IMG/VR virus record: IMGVR_UViG_3300027365_000045
Span: 1 to 30,372 of that record
Length of the DNA: 30,372 nucleotides
Origin: a virus
Lineage: Duplodnaviria; Caudoviricetes
Strand: one strand, 5' to 3'
The notes beneath the pieces were generated by a model, which was not told the origin of the DNA, did not search any database, and saw nothing but the letters and a program-made list of their open reading frames with translations. This document shows, one piece after another, positions 7,145 to 16,917 of the stretch (position 1 is its first letter; each line of letters starts with the position of its first letter). The position numbers were made by a program, and so were the translations under genes.

Positions 7145-9164
7145 ACGATTTACGCACAGAATACGTACCAGAGGTAGATACAAAACTTGTACTCAACGGC
7201 GTAGAAGCTGCTGTGGTTGTTACACTAAGGGCGCCTAATTGAACAGTAATAGTTCTGTCATTATTAAGCGTAACTGTAAGGGTGTAAAAACCCGTCTGGA
7301 CTCCAGTGCCTAATGTTGCCGTGGTGCCATTAGCCATACCGACAGTTATTGTGCCTGCAGAGTTTGATACTGTTACAGTCTGCTGCGCTTGTGTTCGAGT
7401 ATCCCTTAAAGTGAGCAATACGGCACTCGCACCCACAGAACCATTTACATAAACATCTTTTACAACAACATCGTTTGCATGAATAAGGCGGGCTGCGTCA
7501 AAACCGGAGTTTGCTGGGTACCCAGCACCGGTATCCTGGCGTTTTATTAATTTAATACCAGAGAAGCTGCTGGTTGTGCCGCCTGATGCCGTATGGTTCA
7601 GTAAATTAATTACATGCAACCCTGGCAACAATTTACAAATTTGTGGTACAAAATATGCAGATTCATCTGTTGCATCAGTCCGATATTGGTCGATCGTTCC
7701 CGACAAACGAACATCAGAAAGTGAATCTTTATATCCAATAATCGTTTTACCACCATTGCCCCACTGAAAACCACATATTGAGATGACGGTATCGTCTGTG
7801 GGGTTATCCAAAACAAACGGGAACCATACGCCACTCTGACCTGCGATAGCGTTCCACGATAACTGTTTTGAGAAAAGGTTATCAGCGTTGCTGAAGTTTC
7901 GCCCAGAGCTAATATTATCCCGGTAACGAACGTTACTAAGGCCCGTAGCGTCTCCTGGCTTGTAGAGAACCCTATGTGCCACTAAAGGGATGGCAAGGTT
8001 AGAACCACACATGTAATAAACATCAGTGCCGGGATGGACGCCATCCGGGACCATGTCATACCAACGAACATATCTTGAAGCTTTAACGGTGTAATAATGG
8101 TTATCTACCAGGTCAACGCCCATTTCCTTAGCCACTTCTCGCATGGCATCGACAAATGCCGGAAGTCTTTTTGTTGTCTGCTCAGTTATTCCGTCAAGAA
8201 CTACCGTTAGGTTAGGTGTAACAAGTACGGGAACTTTTCCGTATTTTCGGCAAATATTAACGAATGTTACAAGGTCTGCTTTGTATTGCAGCACCGTCCT
8301 CAATAGTGAATTACAGTCATTCTGCGCATGGTTGCAGTATACGAGGCTTGCCGTTGACGTCTGCATTTTAGCCTCAAAAGTACTACCGCTGCCGTCTGTG
8401 CCTGCCAGCATGGAAAATAAAGCAGTACCACGGATTGCGTTATTGGTTACGGTTGCCTTTCCTGCGCCAAACAATAAATCAAGTGTGCGTTGCAGTATTG
8501 CAGGAGGATTCACAGCGTTCTGTACCGTAGAGTTTAACGAAGTACTACCCCACATTGTGCTGTCACCGAAACAAGCGATATTAACTGTACCGCCATCTTC
8601 AAGTGAGTTTTTATATCGAGACGCGTCTGAGAAGTTTGCGTATGTGATATCAACAACAGATTGTTTTACGTTCACAATCTCTTGCTCTACTGTAATGTTG
8701 TTTGTTGTTTTTACAAGCGATGCACCCTTCCCGACCGCAGAAGAGGCTAGTTCTGTGCGCAGAGTAATGTCGCCCAACGGAAGCCATCCGGAGTTAGAAA
8801 CGCCGCCTGTTGACGCCGGTGTTGATGCTGCCGGTATGGTTTTAGGGTAAGCACCTTTCCAGATATAATATTGGCCGTCGCCACCGCCTGAGATAGGCCA
8901 CAAAACCGCCATATCACTGTCGCCAACGTTGAGCGTGCCGCCTGTTACGAAAGTGAAAGACGCAGGTCTGAATCCTGCGTCACGCAGCACGGCCGGAAGG
9001 GTTTTTTGCGTCTGACCTGTTACCTGATTAGTTGCGTAATCAATTGGGGTGCCGCCGGTTACTCCACCTTGCAAGCCCGTAATTACCTCAGCCTCAAAAA
9101 GCTGGTGTTTCTTTGCTGTCTGTAAATCCTGAAGGCTTAATACGTCGCCGCATTCGCTAGACAT
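7143..9164 (-). CDS. tailspike/receptor-binding protein with SGNH (GDSL-like) esterase domain
   Basis: Jersey-type N-terminal anchor (GDVLSLQDLQTAKKHQ), tailspike neck (TFVTGGTL...YYIWKG.YPK), then FGDST, NNAIRG, AQND and DGVHP blocks. Confidence 0.88.
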   Translation of the reverse strand: MSSECGDVLSLQDLQTAKKHQLFEAEVITGLQGGVTGGTPIDYATNQVTGQTQKTLPAVLRDAGFRPASFTFVTGGTLNVGDSDMAVLWPISGGGDGQYYIWKGAYPKTIPAASTPASTGGVSNSGWLPLGDITLRTELASSAVGKGASLVKTTNNITVEQEIVNVKQSVVDITYANFSDASRYKNSLEDGGTVNIACFGDSTMWGSTSLNSTVQNAVNPPAILQRTLDLLFGAGKATVTNNAIRGTALFSMLAGTDGSGSTFEAKMQTSTASLVYCNHAQNDCNSLLRTVLQYKADLVTFVNICRKYGKVPVLVTPNLTVVLDGITEQTTKRLPAFVDAMREVAKEMGVDLVDNHYYTVKASRYVRWYDMVPDGVHPGTDVYYMCGSNLAIPLVAHRVLYKPGDATGLSNVRYRDNISSGRNFSNADNLFSKQLSWNAIAGQSGVWFPFVLDNPTDDTVISICGFQWGNGGKTIIGYKDSLSDVRLSGTIDQYRTDATDESAYFVPQICKLLPGLHVINLLNHTASGGTTSSFSGIKLIKRQDTGAGYPANSGFDAARLIHANDVVVKDVYVNGSVGASAVLLTLRDTRTQAQQTVTVSNSAGTITVGMANGTTATLGTGVQTGFYTLTVTLNNDRTITVQLGALSVTTTAASTPLSTSFVSTSGTYSVRKS

Positions 9165-9175
9165 AGTGTGTCCTC

Positions 9176-11752
9176 TTATAAATAACCGTTACTGAATCCT
9201 GCACTGAATGCGCGACCGAATGGCGATACGCCGTCGTACAGATAATAATCTGGATGGTAGTTGTACGCTGTTATTTTGGTCGTCCTGTCGCTTCCGGGGT
9301 CGACAGTACTAACTAACATCATCTGAGCATTATGCCTTTGTTCGCTGCCGAATGAAAACTCTGTTTTAAGCGCGCTGTTTCCGGTGTAGATAGCCTCTTG
9401 CGGTGCTGACTGCATGACCACTTTACGCTCAGAGGTTCCTGGCGTAACTGCCACACTCTGTACGGACCCATCGCGCTTCTTCAGTATGATAGAGTGGTCA
9501 TCGCCGTCATCGAAAGACACAGGTTGAGATAGTGTCAGCTCCAGACCATTAACGGCAATCACATAGCCGTCATAGGGCGCGACACGCGAGCCTTTAACAA
9601 CTGATATCGGTCGCCCTGGGATCGCAAAAATACCTTCCTCAGTCGCCGTGAACTCTACAGAGACTTTATTCAGGGTGTTCTTCTGATACCTGCGCCAAGC
9701 GTGCCAGTAAGCTTGCTGGTAGTTACGGACGCCTTTTGAGTCATAGGTGTCTGTTTTAACCCCGCCATCAGCAGGGATAGTGATTGTCTCTTTGATGTTA
9801 GTATCAGGGTCAATGTAGCTGTACTTAACCGAATCGAAGGCGTCCTTATCGCTAAACTGCCGCGTCCATTTTTCGGCATCAGGTGTTTTGCTGCGGTGAG
9901 TAAATACCATCTCCGGACCAATGCGTGGGCGCTCAAAGTCCAGCATGATATTCTTTCCGTTGCGGTATGACGTGCAGAAAATAGCCTCGGATATAGTCGT
10001 GATAATGTCCTGCGCAGTGGTCTGGTAGTTATCGAACGTGTAGCAGAATTGCCCAGCCTTAACCGACTGGAAATAAGACTCAACTTCATTCTGTACCGAC
10101 AATAACTGGTCCATGTTGGAGGCGGTAAGGTCAAGACCGCCGACAGCAGGGTCACGCATCAGTCTGATGAGAGACTGCACTGCCTGGGTGTTATTTGTCC
10201 ATGCAGTGTCGAAAACGCCACCACCTAGGTACTTCTGCACCTTTTCCGTAACAATGAGCTTAATCTGCGGTTGCTTAACAGCCGAGGCTCGAGGCGTCTG
10301 TCTGCGCGCGGTATGTATGGTCGTCCGGTTGCCGTAGTTAGGTGTATTATCGAGTACCTGGCCGTAAAGGTTGACGTACTTAATCTCATCTACCACCTGC
10401 CCGCTAAAGTCCAGGTCAAGGTCAGTCACCCTACGCGCTCGAACACGAACAGCAGACGGGGACGGCAGCGTTGCTATAATCGACACACCAGTAAAGTCTG
10501 CGGAACGGCCAGTAACAGTTCCTTGCTGGGTGTAAACAGGACCATACGGCACTCCATCATCGCCAATAAGCTGGTATTGCAGTTCAGCGGTCACAGACGT
10601 ACTTTGCTTACTACGCTTGCCGCTGTCCTTGTACATGCCGTTGTCGGCGCTGATATTCGCCACAAGGCGCTCAGACTTGATACGGTCAATTGTCACCCAG
10701 TCAGTCAGGCTTTTGGTGTAAGTATCAGCAGGCCCTATTGTAGCATCATCGAAGGCTTCCAGAGGCCAGGTAGCGCCTCCAAGCAGGAGCCATTGCGAAT
10801 TATTTCCAGAGATATTTACGCGGATTTCAACACTGCTAACCGATGTGACAACATAATCGCCACTCAGAAATGCGTTGGTATTATCGCCAGGCAGGTCAAC
10901 CTGAATGTGGTTAAACCTGGCAGTGTCGCCAACAGAAATGAATTCATCGAACTGAGAATCTCCGGTAGGGTCGAAGATGATACCCAATGTGCCGCCTGTT
11001 TGCTGCACAGTGCTGGATGAGCCGATATTAGTAGCCAGGTCGTTTTGCGCCTTCAGTACCTGACCGTCAATTTCGTTAGACGCTACGGTAATGAACAGGT
11101 TTTCAGTTGGTGCGCTACCGACGACAGTTTGCGGGCCGCCGCTGTTCGGAGAAGTGAATGGACCATACACGGCAGCAGAAGAACCGGTAATCTCAGATAG
11201 CAAAGTGTCGCCGTCAGTGATTCCTGAAGCTGGAGTGTCAAGATAGCCGCGACCAACATCGTAATAGCCGTACTCGATTACTTCACCTGCTGCGTCGAAC
11301 AGGCGATACGTAGTCATCAGGTCGTTAGGAATGCTCTGAACTGTGCCGCAAATGTCATAAGTTCGCTCGTATGGCCTTGGCTTGTTGTTGCGGTCTGTCA
11401 GGCTGTTGTTTGGGCTTTCGCTCTGACCGTTAGCCAGATTGGAGCTTGGTGTTTTTGACGATGGAAAGATAATTTTATTGATGCGGTTGATGACACCTAA
11501 CGGGTCCAGTACCTTCATGATGCCGCCAAGACCGCCACCGCCAGCGCCCTCGATAATGTGGAAGGCGGCCTGTTCTTTAAGCGCTTCGAAGTCTTCGGTT
11601 ACTTTGTTATCTTCGCCGATTTCATCAATGTAGATTTCAAACGGCACGCCGTCTGGGATGTTCGCGATGACGAACTCCATTGGGTTTCCGTAGAGGCGCT
11701 TATGGTCGAATCCGCCGTTTGCGTTTCGTGCGTAGTGGTTGATTAGCGCCAA
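9176..11752 (-). CDS. central tail tip / baseplate hub protein (J-like)
   Basis: 858 aa, SPNNSLTDRNNKPRP..R..DICG motif, position after the NlpC-like gene. Confidence 0.85.
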   Translation of the reverse strand: MALINHYARNANGGFDHKRLYGNPMEFVIANIPDGVPFEIYIDEIGEDNKVTEDFEALKEQAAFHIIEGAGGGGLGGIMKVLDPLGVINRINKIIFPSSKTPSSNLANGQSESPNNSLTDRNNKPRPYERTYDICGTVQSIPNDLMTTYRLFDAAGEVIEYGYYDVGRGYLDTPASGITDGDTLLSEITGSSAAVYGPFTSPNSGGPQTVVGSAPTENLFITVASNEIDGQVLKAQNDLATNIGSSSTVQQTGGTLGIIFDPTGDSQFDEFISVGDTARFNHIQVDLPGDNTNAFLSGDYVVTSVSSVEIRVNISGNNSQWLLLGGATWPLEAFDDATIGPADTYTKSLTDWVTIDRIKSERLVANISADNGMYKDSGKRSKQSTSVTAELQYQLIGDDGVPYGPVYTQQGTVTGRSADFTGVSIIATLPSPSAVRVRARRVTDLDLDFSGQVVDEIKYVNLYGQVLDNTPNYGNRTTIHTARRQTPRASAVKQPQIKLIVTEKVQKYLGGGVFDTAWTNNTQAVQSLIRLMRDPAVGGLDLTASNMDQLLSVQNEVESYFQSVKAGQFCYTFDNYQTTAQDIITTISEAIFCTSYRNGKNIMLDFERPRIGPEMVFTHRSKTPDAEKWTRQFSDKDAFDSVKYSYIDPDTNIKETITIPADGGVKTDTYDSKGVRNYQQAYWHAWRRYQKNTLNKVSVEFTATEEGIFAIPGRPISVVKGSRVAPYDGYVIAVNGLELTLSQPVSFDDGDDHSIILKKRDGSVQSVAVTPGTSERKVVMQSAPQEAIYTGNSALKTEFSFGSEQRHNAQMMLVSTVDPGSDRTTKITAYNYHPDYYLYDGVSPFGRAFSAGFSNGYL

Positions 11753-12108
11753 AATTCTATCTCCTGGTAAACCTGTTTTAAGTCGGATAATGCATCAAGT
11801 TTAACCTGCCTGGCGTACATCGCACAATGACTGACCATTCCGTCATAATATACACCAGCATGCCATACTATACGTCCACCGGTTTTGGCCCCGAGCAATA
11901 CAGCGTCGAAATTTCTCGGCTCAAAAACCTGGGTCAATCCTTTGGTTGCAGCATGGCCTTCGTCGAAGGCCTGGTTAATCTCCCTGGGAGACATGACGTT
12001 AAATTCCGGAGTCTCAAGTCCAGCATCTTTGCGAACGGCGCGCACATGGTGCCAGCAATTGTAAGCTCTGAAATTGTAAGGTTTGCCTGTGTACGCGTTG
12101 ATATTCAC
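11743..12108 (-). CDS. NlpC/P60-like tail tip assembly protein
   Basis: YTGKPY...YNCWH and WHAGVY...VSHC. Confidence 0.8.
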   Translation of the reverse strand: MNINAYTGKPYNFRAYNCWHHVRAVRKDAGLETPEFNVMSPREINQAFDEGHAATKGLTQVFEPRNFDAVLLGAKTGGRIVWHAGVYYDGMVSHCAMYARQVKLDALSDLKQVYQEIEFWR

Positions 12109-12617
12109 GACAATACTCCACGCAGGATAGGAATCTCTGTCGGCGTCATGAGAATTCCTGTAGGACGCTCGTTAAGGCGCGGGACGCCAACGTCGGCCGT
12201 GAATACGCCCTTGGCCTGCGAAAGCGACTGGAGGTCATATGACACCGGCCCTTTGCACGGATAAGACAGGTCTGTGCTGACATAAGCGCGAAACGTGAAT
12301 ACAGGCCATTCCTGGTTGTTCAGCGGAATACGCGACATCTCATCATCGAGCTGGTTGCCAACATCCGGAAGCGTGAAAGCCGCTTGCTGGTCCATATCGT
12401 TATTGTTGGCCGCATTCTTCGAGTCCATAGGCGATGGCTCGAATGTAACGACTTCACCGGTTTCCAGTGTTGCCGTTAGCTCGGACGTGCCGCGTACAAT
12501 CAGATACCGTCTGGACAGCAGCGAGTGGGTGATTTCAACCGTCGTATAATCAATCTGGCCTTCTGGGTTAGAGGCCAATTTAAGGCGGTACGCCGCCAGG
12601 ACTGATTCTTCACTCAT
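12105..12617 (-). CDS. minor tail protein (DUF1833-like)
   Basis: 170 aa from ATG 12617; TVEITH..L, ATLETGEVVTF and PRLN motifs; synteny. Confidence 0.8.
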   Translation of the reverse strand: MSEESVLAAYRLKLASNPEGQIDYTTVEITHSLLSRRYLIVRGTSELTATLETGEVVTFEPSPMDSKNAANNNDMDQQAAFTLPDVGNQLDDEMSRIPLNNQEWPVFTFRAYVSTDLSYPCKGPVSYDLQSLSQAKGVFTADVGVPRLNERPTGILMTPTEIPILRGVLS

Positions 12618-12805
12618 AAGCACTCCTGCACTTGCTTGCGCAATATAATGCGCTCATGTAACCGTAGAATCTTGTAAGCATCTTCAAAGTCATTGATGCA
12701 GTATCTGAAGCAATGCCATGAAGACCTTCTATCAAAAAGCCTCCACCCGTAAGGCTTGATTGCATCAGGAATATAATCCGATATAAGACAGATTAAGCCT
12801 TTCAT
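12614..12805 (-). CDS. small AT-rich inserted gene (63 aa)
   Basis: MKGLICLISDYIPDAIKPYGWRLFD...; ATGA overlaps with both flanking tail genes. Confidence 0.6.
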   Translation of the reverse strand: MKGLICLISDYIPDAIKPYGWRLFDRRSSWHCFRYCINDFEDAYKILRLHERIILRKQVQECL

Positions 12806-13296
12806 TGCATCGGGTCCCAGATACGAGGAAATGTTGATTGTGCGGTGCCGTAGGCTTTCAGGAAGCCCGCAAGGCAATCACCGTAACAACCATACAGGTC
12901 AGGCAGGTTAGCCGTTAGACAGGTATCTTCCTGAATCGCTGTACGCTCGGCAGTTGCCGTGAATGTCAACACCCAATTCAGGCCGTCGTCTGTGCTGTCG
13001 CTAATGGTGCTGGTGATGAGGATTTGATGGTCCTCAATACCAAGACCGGTATCATGCGGCATGACGAAAGAGTCCGCGCCGCCGTGGATATTGTTCAGGA
13101 AGCTATAAAACGCCTGCCGGCCGAGAGAAGACACTACAAGCGTGACGCTAATCGGCACCGGTTCGAAGTAGTTATCTCGGCCCTGACGCGGTACACCACC
13201 CTGCACATCGACGCGCCAGATGTTACTCCCACGCGTCTGTGAGTAGCCTTTAGATACGATAGGCTTCAGTGAAGCCGGAAAACGTAAATCGCCCAT
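12802..13296 (-). CDS. distal tail protein
   Basis: 164 aa directly after the tape measure gene; FPASLKPIVSKGYS motif. Confidence 0.8.
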   Translation of the reverse strand: MGDLRFPASLKPIVSKGYSQTRGSNIWRVDVQGGVPRQGRDNYFEPVPISVTLVVSSLGRQAFYSFLNNIHGGADSFVMPHDTGLGIEDHQILITSTISDSTDDGLNWVLTFTATAERTAIQEDTCLTANLPDLYGCYGDCLAGFLKAYGTAQSTFPRIWDPMQ

Positions 13297-15596
13297 TAGC
13301 TGAATCCTGGCTGGCCGCGAGTGCTGCGGCGTGATTTGGATATGTCGCTGTTACTGTCCTGCAAGGCGCGCGACACCGTTTCACTAATAATAACACGCAA
13401 ACGGCCTTCGTTATCTGTTTCAGTGGTAGCCGAGTCGATGCGTCCTGATGTCTGGTTGACGATGACAACTCCACCATTGCCAGTGTTGTTTTGCTTGCCA
13501 CCCATCATCTGCTGCACCTGCTCCATGGTGCGGACGCGCGACGCTCCGGCGGGCATGATAAGCTCCGCTTTGTTGCGCTCACCTACCATGGCGATATTAC
13601 TGGCAGCCAGAGAACCGCCCTGCTCACGAGCTGAGCGAATCTTCGCAACGTTAGCCAGGCCAGCAGCAACTGCAGCCGCAGCCGCTACAGGGGCCGCAAT
13701 CCAACCTACCAGCGGGATAGCAGCCGCCGACTGGAACGCGGCCACAGCGCCCTGGTAGGTGTTCATGATGGCGTTGGCGATGGCGAATGCTTTATAGGCC
13801 TTGTTACCTTCACCCAGCGCAGTTTTCAGGTCGTCCGTGGTCTGGCCTAGCATAGACGCATATTCGTTACGGCGCTTCTTATTGTAGTTGCCTGCAATAT
13901 CCAGAAGCGCCTGTTGATATTCGTCTTCGTCGATAAGCCCCTGGTCACGGTATTGTTTAGCGACTTCTTCCTTTTGCTTCTGCTGGATATCGTATAGCTC
14001 AAGCTCAACAGAATTCTGACCCAGAATCTGGGCCATGAATTCGTCACCTTTCTGGTCTTTCTTCTTCTGCTCCTCTTTGCGCTTGTCCAGCTCTTCCTGC
14101 CGCGCGATATCCGCCTCAAGCATGATTTTAGTTTTGGCGTCTTCAAACTGCTGTGTAGAGATAGCGCCGCTCTGCTGGAACTCCTGAAGCTTAGCTAGTT
14201 TCTGCTGTTCCTGTGCCTCGATGGCTTTTAGTTCATCAGAGTTCTGGCGGGCCAGTGCATCAAGGAAGTTTTGCGCCTGTTGTTTCTGCCGCTGTGCCGC
14301 ATTTTCTTCGCGCTTAGCCTGAGCTAAAGCCTTATTGTCTGCGATAGTCGACTTGCGGTTCTGGGCGTCCTGATACGCTTTTACGTCCTGCTGATATGCT
14401 TCGTCTCGCGCTTTATTGAAACGCTGGATTAGCTCAGGGTTGTCGGCGTTCTTCTCAGCAAACTGGCGCTTATCCAGCGCGGCCTGATATTGCAGCTCAG
14501 CCAGGGTTCCTTTATTTCTCGCTTCAAGACCCTCTACAATAGCCGTGGATTGCGCTTTAAGCGCGGAAGTCGCCGAGTTTGTTGCGTTGCCCTGTCGCTG
14601 CTGCGCGGCGGCAACCACATCGCTCTGTTTGGATAAGGTCTCCAGATTTACGCTGAGCTGCTGCGCGGTCTTGGCTTCTTCTAGTGCTGCGTCTTTATTT
14701 TTAGTGGCTGCGTTCGCCACTGCACCTTTGGCATCTGCTACTTTCTGATAAGCTGCTGGCGTATTAGAGTCCGCGTAATCTCGCTCGGCAGCTAGAACAT
14801 CAATGATTAATTGCTTATTGACGCCATACTTGGAAGCCTGGTCATCTAAGAATTGATTCAGATTGCCGAGCTTAGCTTGGTATTCTGGTGTCAAGCTGCT
14901 AATGTCGGAAATAGCTTTACCGACATCCATACCTGATGCACTTAATTCTCTGAATGTGCTAATACTGGTCTGAGCAGCTACGCTATTACCTTCCCAGGCC
15001 TTGCGCTGGTCTTCGATGGCTTGCGTTGTCTGGCTTAAGTTTTGGTCTACTTGCAGGCTTAACAGTTTGACCATGTTCTGGCTTAAGCCGTCGGCGCTGT
15101 TAGCGGCCTGCACAAATGAGTCAGAAAGTTCAAGCGTGCCATCTTTGGTAATCTGGAATGATTTACTTAAGTCGCCAGCGCGTTTGTTAAGGTCATCCAT
15201 ATTCGCCCCGGCGATGCCGAGGGATTTATACAGTACGCCTCCAACGGCTGCCGCAAGCGCGATTACAGCACCGAGAACAGCACCTCCAGGCCCGAATGCA
15301 CCGGCCAGCTGCGAGCCCTGCTGACCGATGGCGACAAAGGCTGATGTACCAGACTGGAGCTGGACAACCATGTCTTGCACCTGGAAGCCAACCTGACCGG
15401 CTGCATTGCGGAAGCTTGATAGCCCGCCACGAGCTGCATCTGACATGGCCTTGTTTGTTTTTCCGACATCGCCTGTCATTCTGGCTATTGCGATATCTAC
15501 CTGCTCACTGGTTCGCCCCAGCGCCGTTAGCTGGCGAGAGGCTTCTTCAACACCTTCTGTCTTTACCCTTGCAACAAGCGAAGCTGTATCAGCCAT
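13296..15596 (-). CDS. tape measure protein
   Basis: 766 aa from MADTASL; Ala/Gln-rich and helical; GFQVQDMVVQLQSG...QQGSQL motif; hydrophobic segments. Confidence 0.93.
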   Translation of the reverse strand: MADTASLVARVKTEGVEEASRQLTALGRTSEQVDIAIARMTGDVGKTNKAMSDAARGGLSSFRNAAGQVGFQVQDMVVQLQSGTSAFVAIGQQGSQLAGAFGPGGAVLGAVIALAAAVGGVLYKSLGIAGANMDDLNKRAGDLSKSFQITKDGTLELSDSFVQAANSADGLSQNMVKLLSLQVDQNLSQTTQAIEDQRKAWEGNSVAAQTSISTFRELSASGMDVGKAISDISSLTPEYQAKLGNLNQFLDDQASKYGVNKQLIIDVLAAERDYADSNTPAAYQKVADAKGAVANAATKNKDAALEEAKTAQQLSVNLETLSKQSDVVAAAQQRQGNATNSATSALKAQSTAIVEGLEARNKGTLAELQYQAALDKRQFAEKNADNPELIQRFNKARDEAYQQDVKAYQDAQNRKSTIADNKALAQAKREENAAQRQKQQAQNFLDALARQNSDELKAIEAQEQQKLAKLQEFQQSGAISTQQFEDAKTKIMLEADIARQEELDKRKEEQKKKDQKGDEFMAQILGQNSVELELYDIQQKQKEEVAKQYRDQGLIDEDEYQQALLDIAGNYNKKRRNEYASMLGQTTDDLKTALGEGNKAYKAFAIANAIMNTYQGAVAAFQSAAAIPLVGWIAAPVAAAAAVAAGLANVAKIRSAREQGGSLAASNIAMVGERNKAELIMPAGASRVRTMEQVQQMMGGKQNNTGNGGVVIVNQTSGRIDSATTETDNEGRLRVIISETVSRALQDSNSDISKSRRSTRGQPGFS

Positions 15597-16379
15597 CGTC
15601 TCTGCCCTCAAATATGCCTTCGATACCCATGATTAGCTCTGATTCTAACATGGACAGTTTGTGGCCGCTAACACGCTGGAAAGATTCAAGGTCATGCCAT
15701 GTAAGCATGTCCCTTGGGTAAATATTAACTACATCATCTTTTATGCGCCGTATGAACTTTAAGCTGCGGTACTTATCCATCAGACCGGTAAAAATCAAGG
15801 GGCACTCTGGCCCCTTATTTTCCTTCTTTGCGGGCTGACTTATAACACCCATCGCCAGTAACGCCTCCTCATGACTCGCCGCTATGCTGTCAAACTTTTG
15901 CTTCTTTTGACTATCGACATAGAGCCATTTGGCGAATTCATACAGCGCTTCTACTTTGCGTTTAGCTTTTCCCGGCTCTCAACATGATAAGCGGAAACCT
16001 GCTCGGCAAGGCCACGGAACTGGTTCATTAACTCCATAAATGAATCTTCACTAAACGGGTCGTCCATTGACCATCCGGTGACGATTGCGAGTGCAAACTC
16101 TTTGTTGAGCGGCTCAACACTCCACGCTCGCTTGGTGTTCCACTCGGTAAAGTCGTCCTTCTCTTTGCATTTAGCTTCAATATCAGCCATGTCGTCATTA
16201 AGCTTCTGGATAGCCAGCGTGTAGGCTCTCCCAGCCTGGATGGCGGCATCACAGTCCGGGCCCCTTACCTGCAACCATTCCCCTGAGTCCGTCCCGTCAG
16301 GTAGCTTGATTGGCATTCTTGTTCCGGTCTCGTGTTTATCTGCAAAGTAAAAATCTTTGAGTTTCATCTTTGTTCCCAT
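15589..16379 (-). CDS. tail assembly chaperone, -1 frameshift-extended (GT-like) product, about 263 aa
   Basis: The -1 frame is open from 15978 across the stop at 15951 into ORF 15589..15852 (KVEALYEFAKWLYVD...MGVISQ). Confidence 0.75.
15951..16379 (-). CDS. tail assembly chaperone (G-like)
   Basis: 142 aa upstream of the tape measure; WLQVRGPDCD and IVTGWS motifs. The start may be the second ATG (MKLKDFYF). Confidence 0.85.
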   Translation of the reverse strand: MGTKMKLKDFYFADKHETGTRMPIKLPDGTDSGEWLQVRGPDCDAAIQAGRAYTLAIQKLNDDMADIEAKCKEKDDFTEWNTKRAWSVEPLNKEFALAIVTGWSMDDPFSEDSFMELMNQFRGLAEQVSAYHVESREKLNAK

Positions 16380-16457
16380 TGGTTAAGTGTTTGGCGGTTT
16401 GATGAATCCTCGGCAGGCGGTAACCAGTCGCTTTTCGGGAATGACCCTATCCGAGGA
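16380..16457 (-). promoter_or_regulatory. structured RNA element (three-way junction plus pseudoknot) upstream of the tail chaperone
   Basis: P1 UCCUCGG/CCGAGGA, P2 GGG/CCC, P3 GCG/CGC; loop UGGUUA is complementary to UAACCA directly before the ATG. Confidence 0.6.
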
Positions 16458-16475
16458 ATATTCTAAACAAATTAG

Positions 16476-16503
16476 TTGCAATAACCTTCATTAGTGCTAT
16501 CAT
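16476..16503 (+). promoter_or_regulatory. sigma70 promoter of the moron cluster
   Basis: TTGCAA-16 nt-TATCAT with extended -10 TGc. Confidence 0.75.
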
Positions 16504-16529
16504 CTTCTCATAAACGGGAGGGTATTTAA

Positions 16530-16718
16530 ATGACAGAACTTTTCGCAGTTGCATCAATGATTATAAACTCAGTGCTGCTTTTCTTCATAGTGAGAAAGGC
16601 GTCAAGGGCGTCAGATGTTATCGCCGCACTTAACGCAATAGAGCGTTGCGTAAAAAAAGATGAGCCAAGCGCCATCAAACAGCTAACAGATGAAAGAAAT
16701 AAAAGAGGCGTAAAATGA
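16530..16718 (+). CDS. small membrane protein
   Basis: SD GGAGG; N-terminal hydrophobic helix followed by a basic tail. Confidence 0.75.
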   Translation: MTELFAVASMIINSVLLFFIVRKASRASDVIAALNAIERCVKKDEPSAIKQLTDERNKRGVK

Positions 16719-16912
16719 AATTAATCGAATCAATGGAGACGCATACGTGGCTTCCTGAGTGCGATATACCAAATAGCATCAAGGAACTTGATGTTATTGC
16801 ATACCTGCTAACAAGGCACGGATATTCAACAAGTGAAGATGCGAAAGATGATGGCATTAATGCCAAGAAAGTAACGTTTTCAGTGACAATTAGCATAAAA
16901 AGCGTGGAGTGA
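16715..16912 (+). CDS. hypothetical protein
   Basis: 65 aa, SD GAGG, ATGA overlap. Confidence 0.7.
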   Translation: MKLIESMETHTWLPECDIPNSIKELDVIAYLLTRHGYSTSEDAKDDGINAKKVTFSVTISIKSVE

Positions 16913-16917
16913 ACAAA

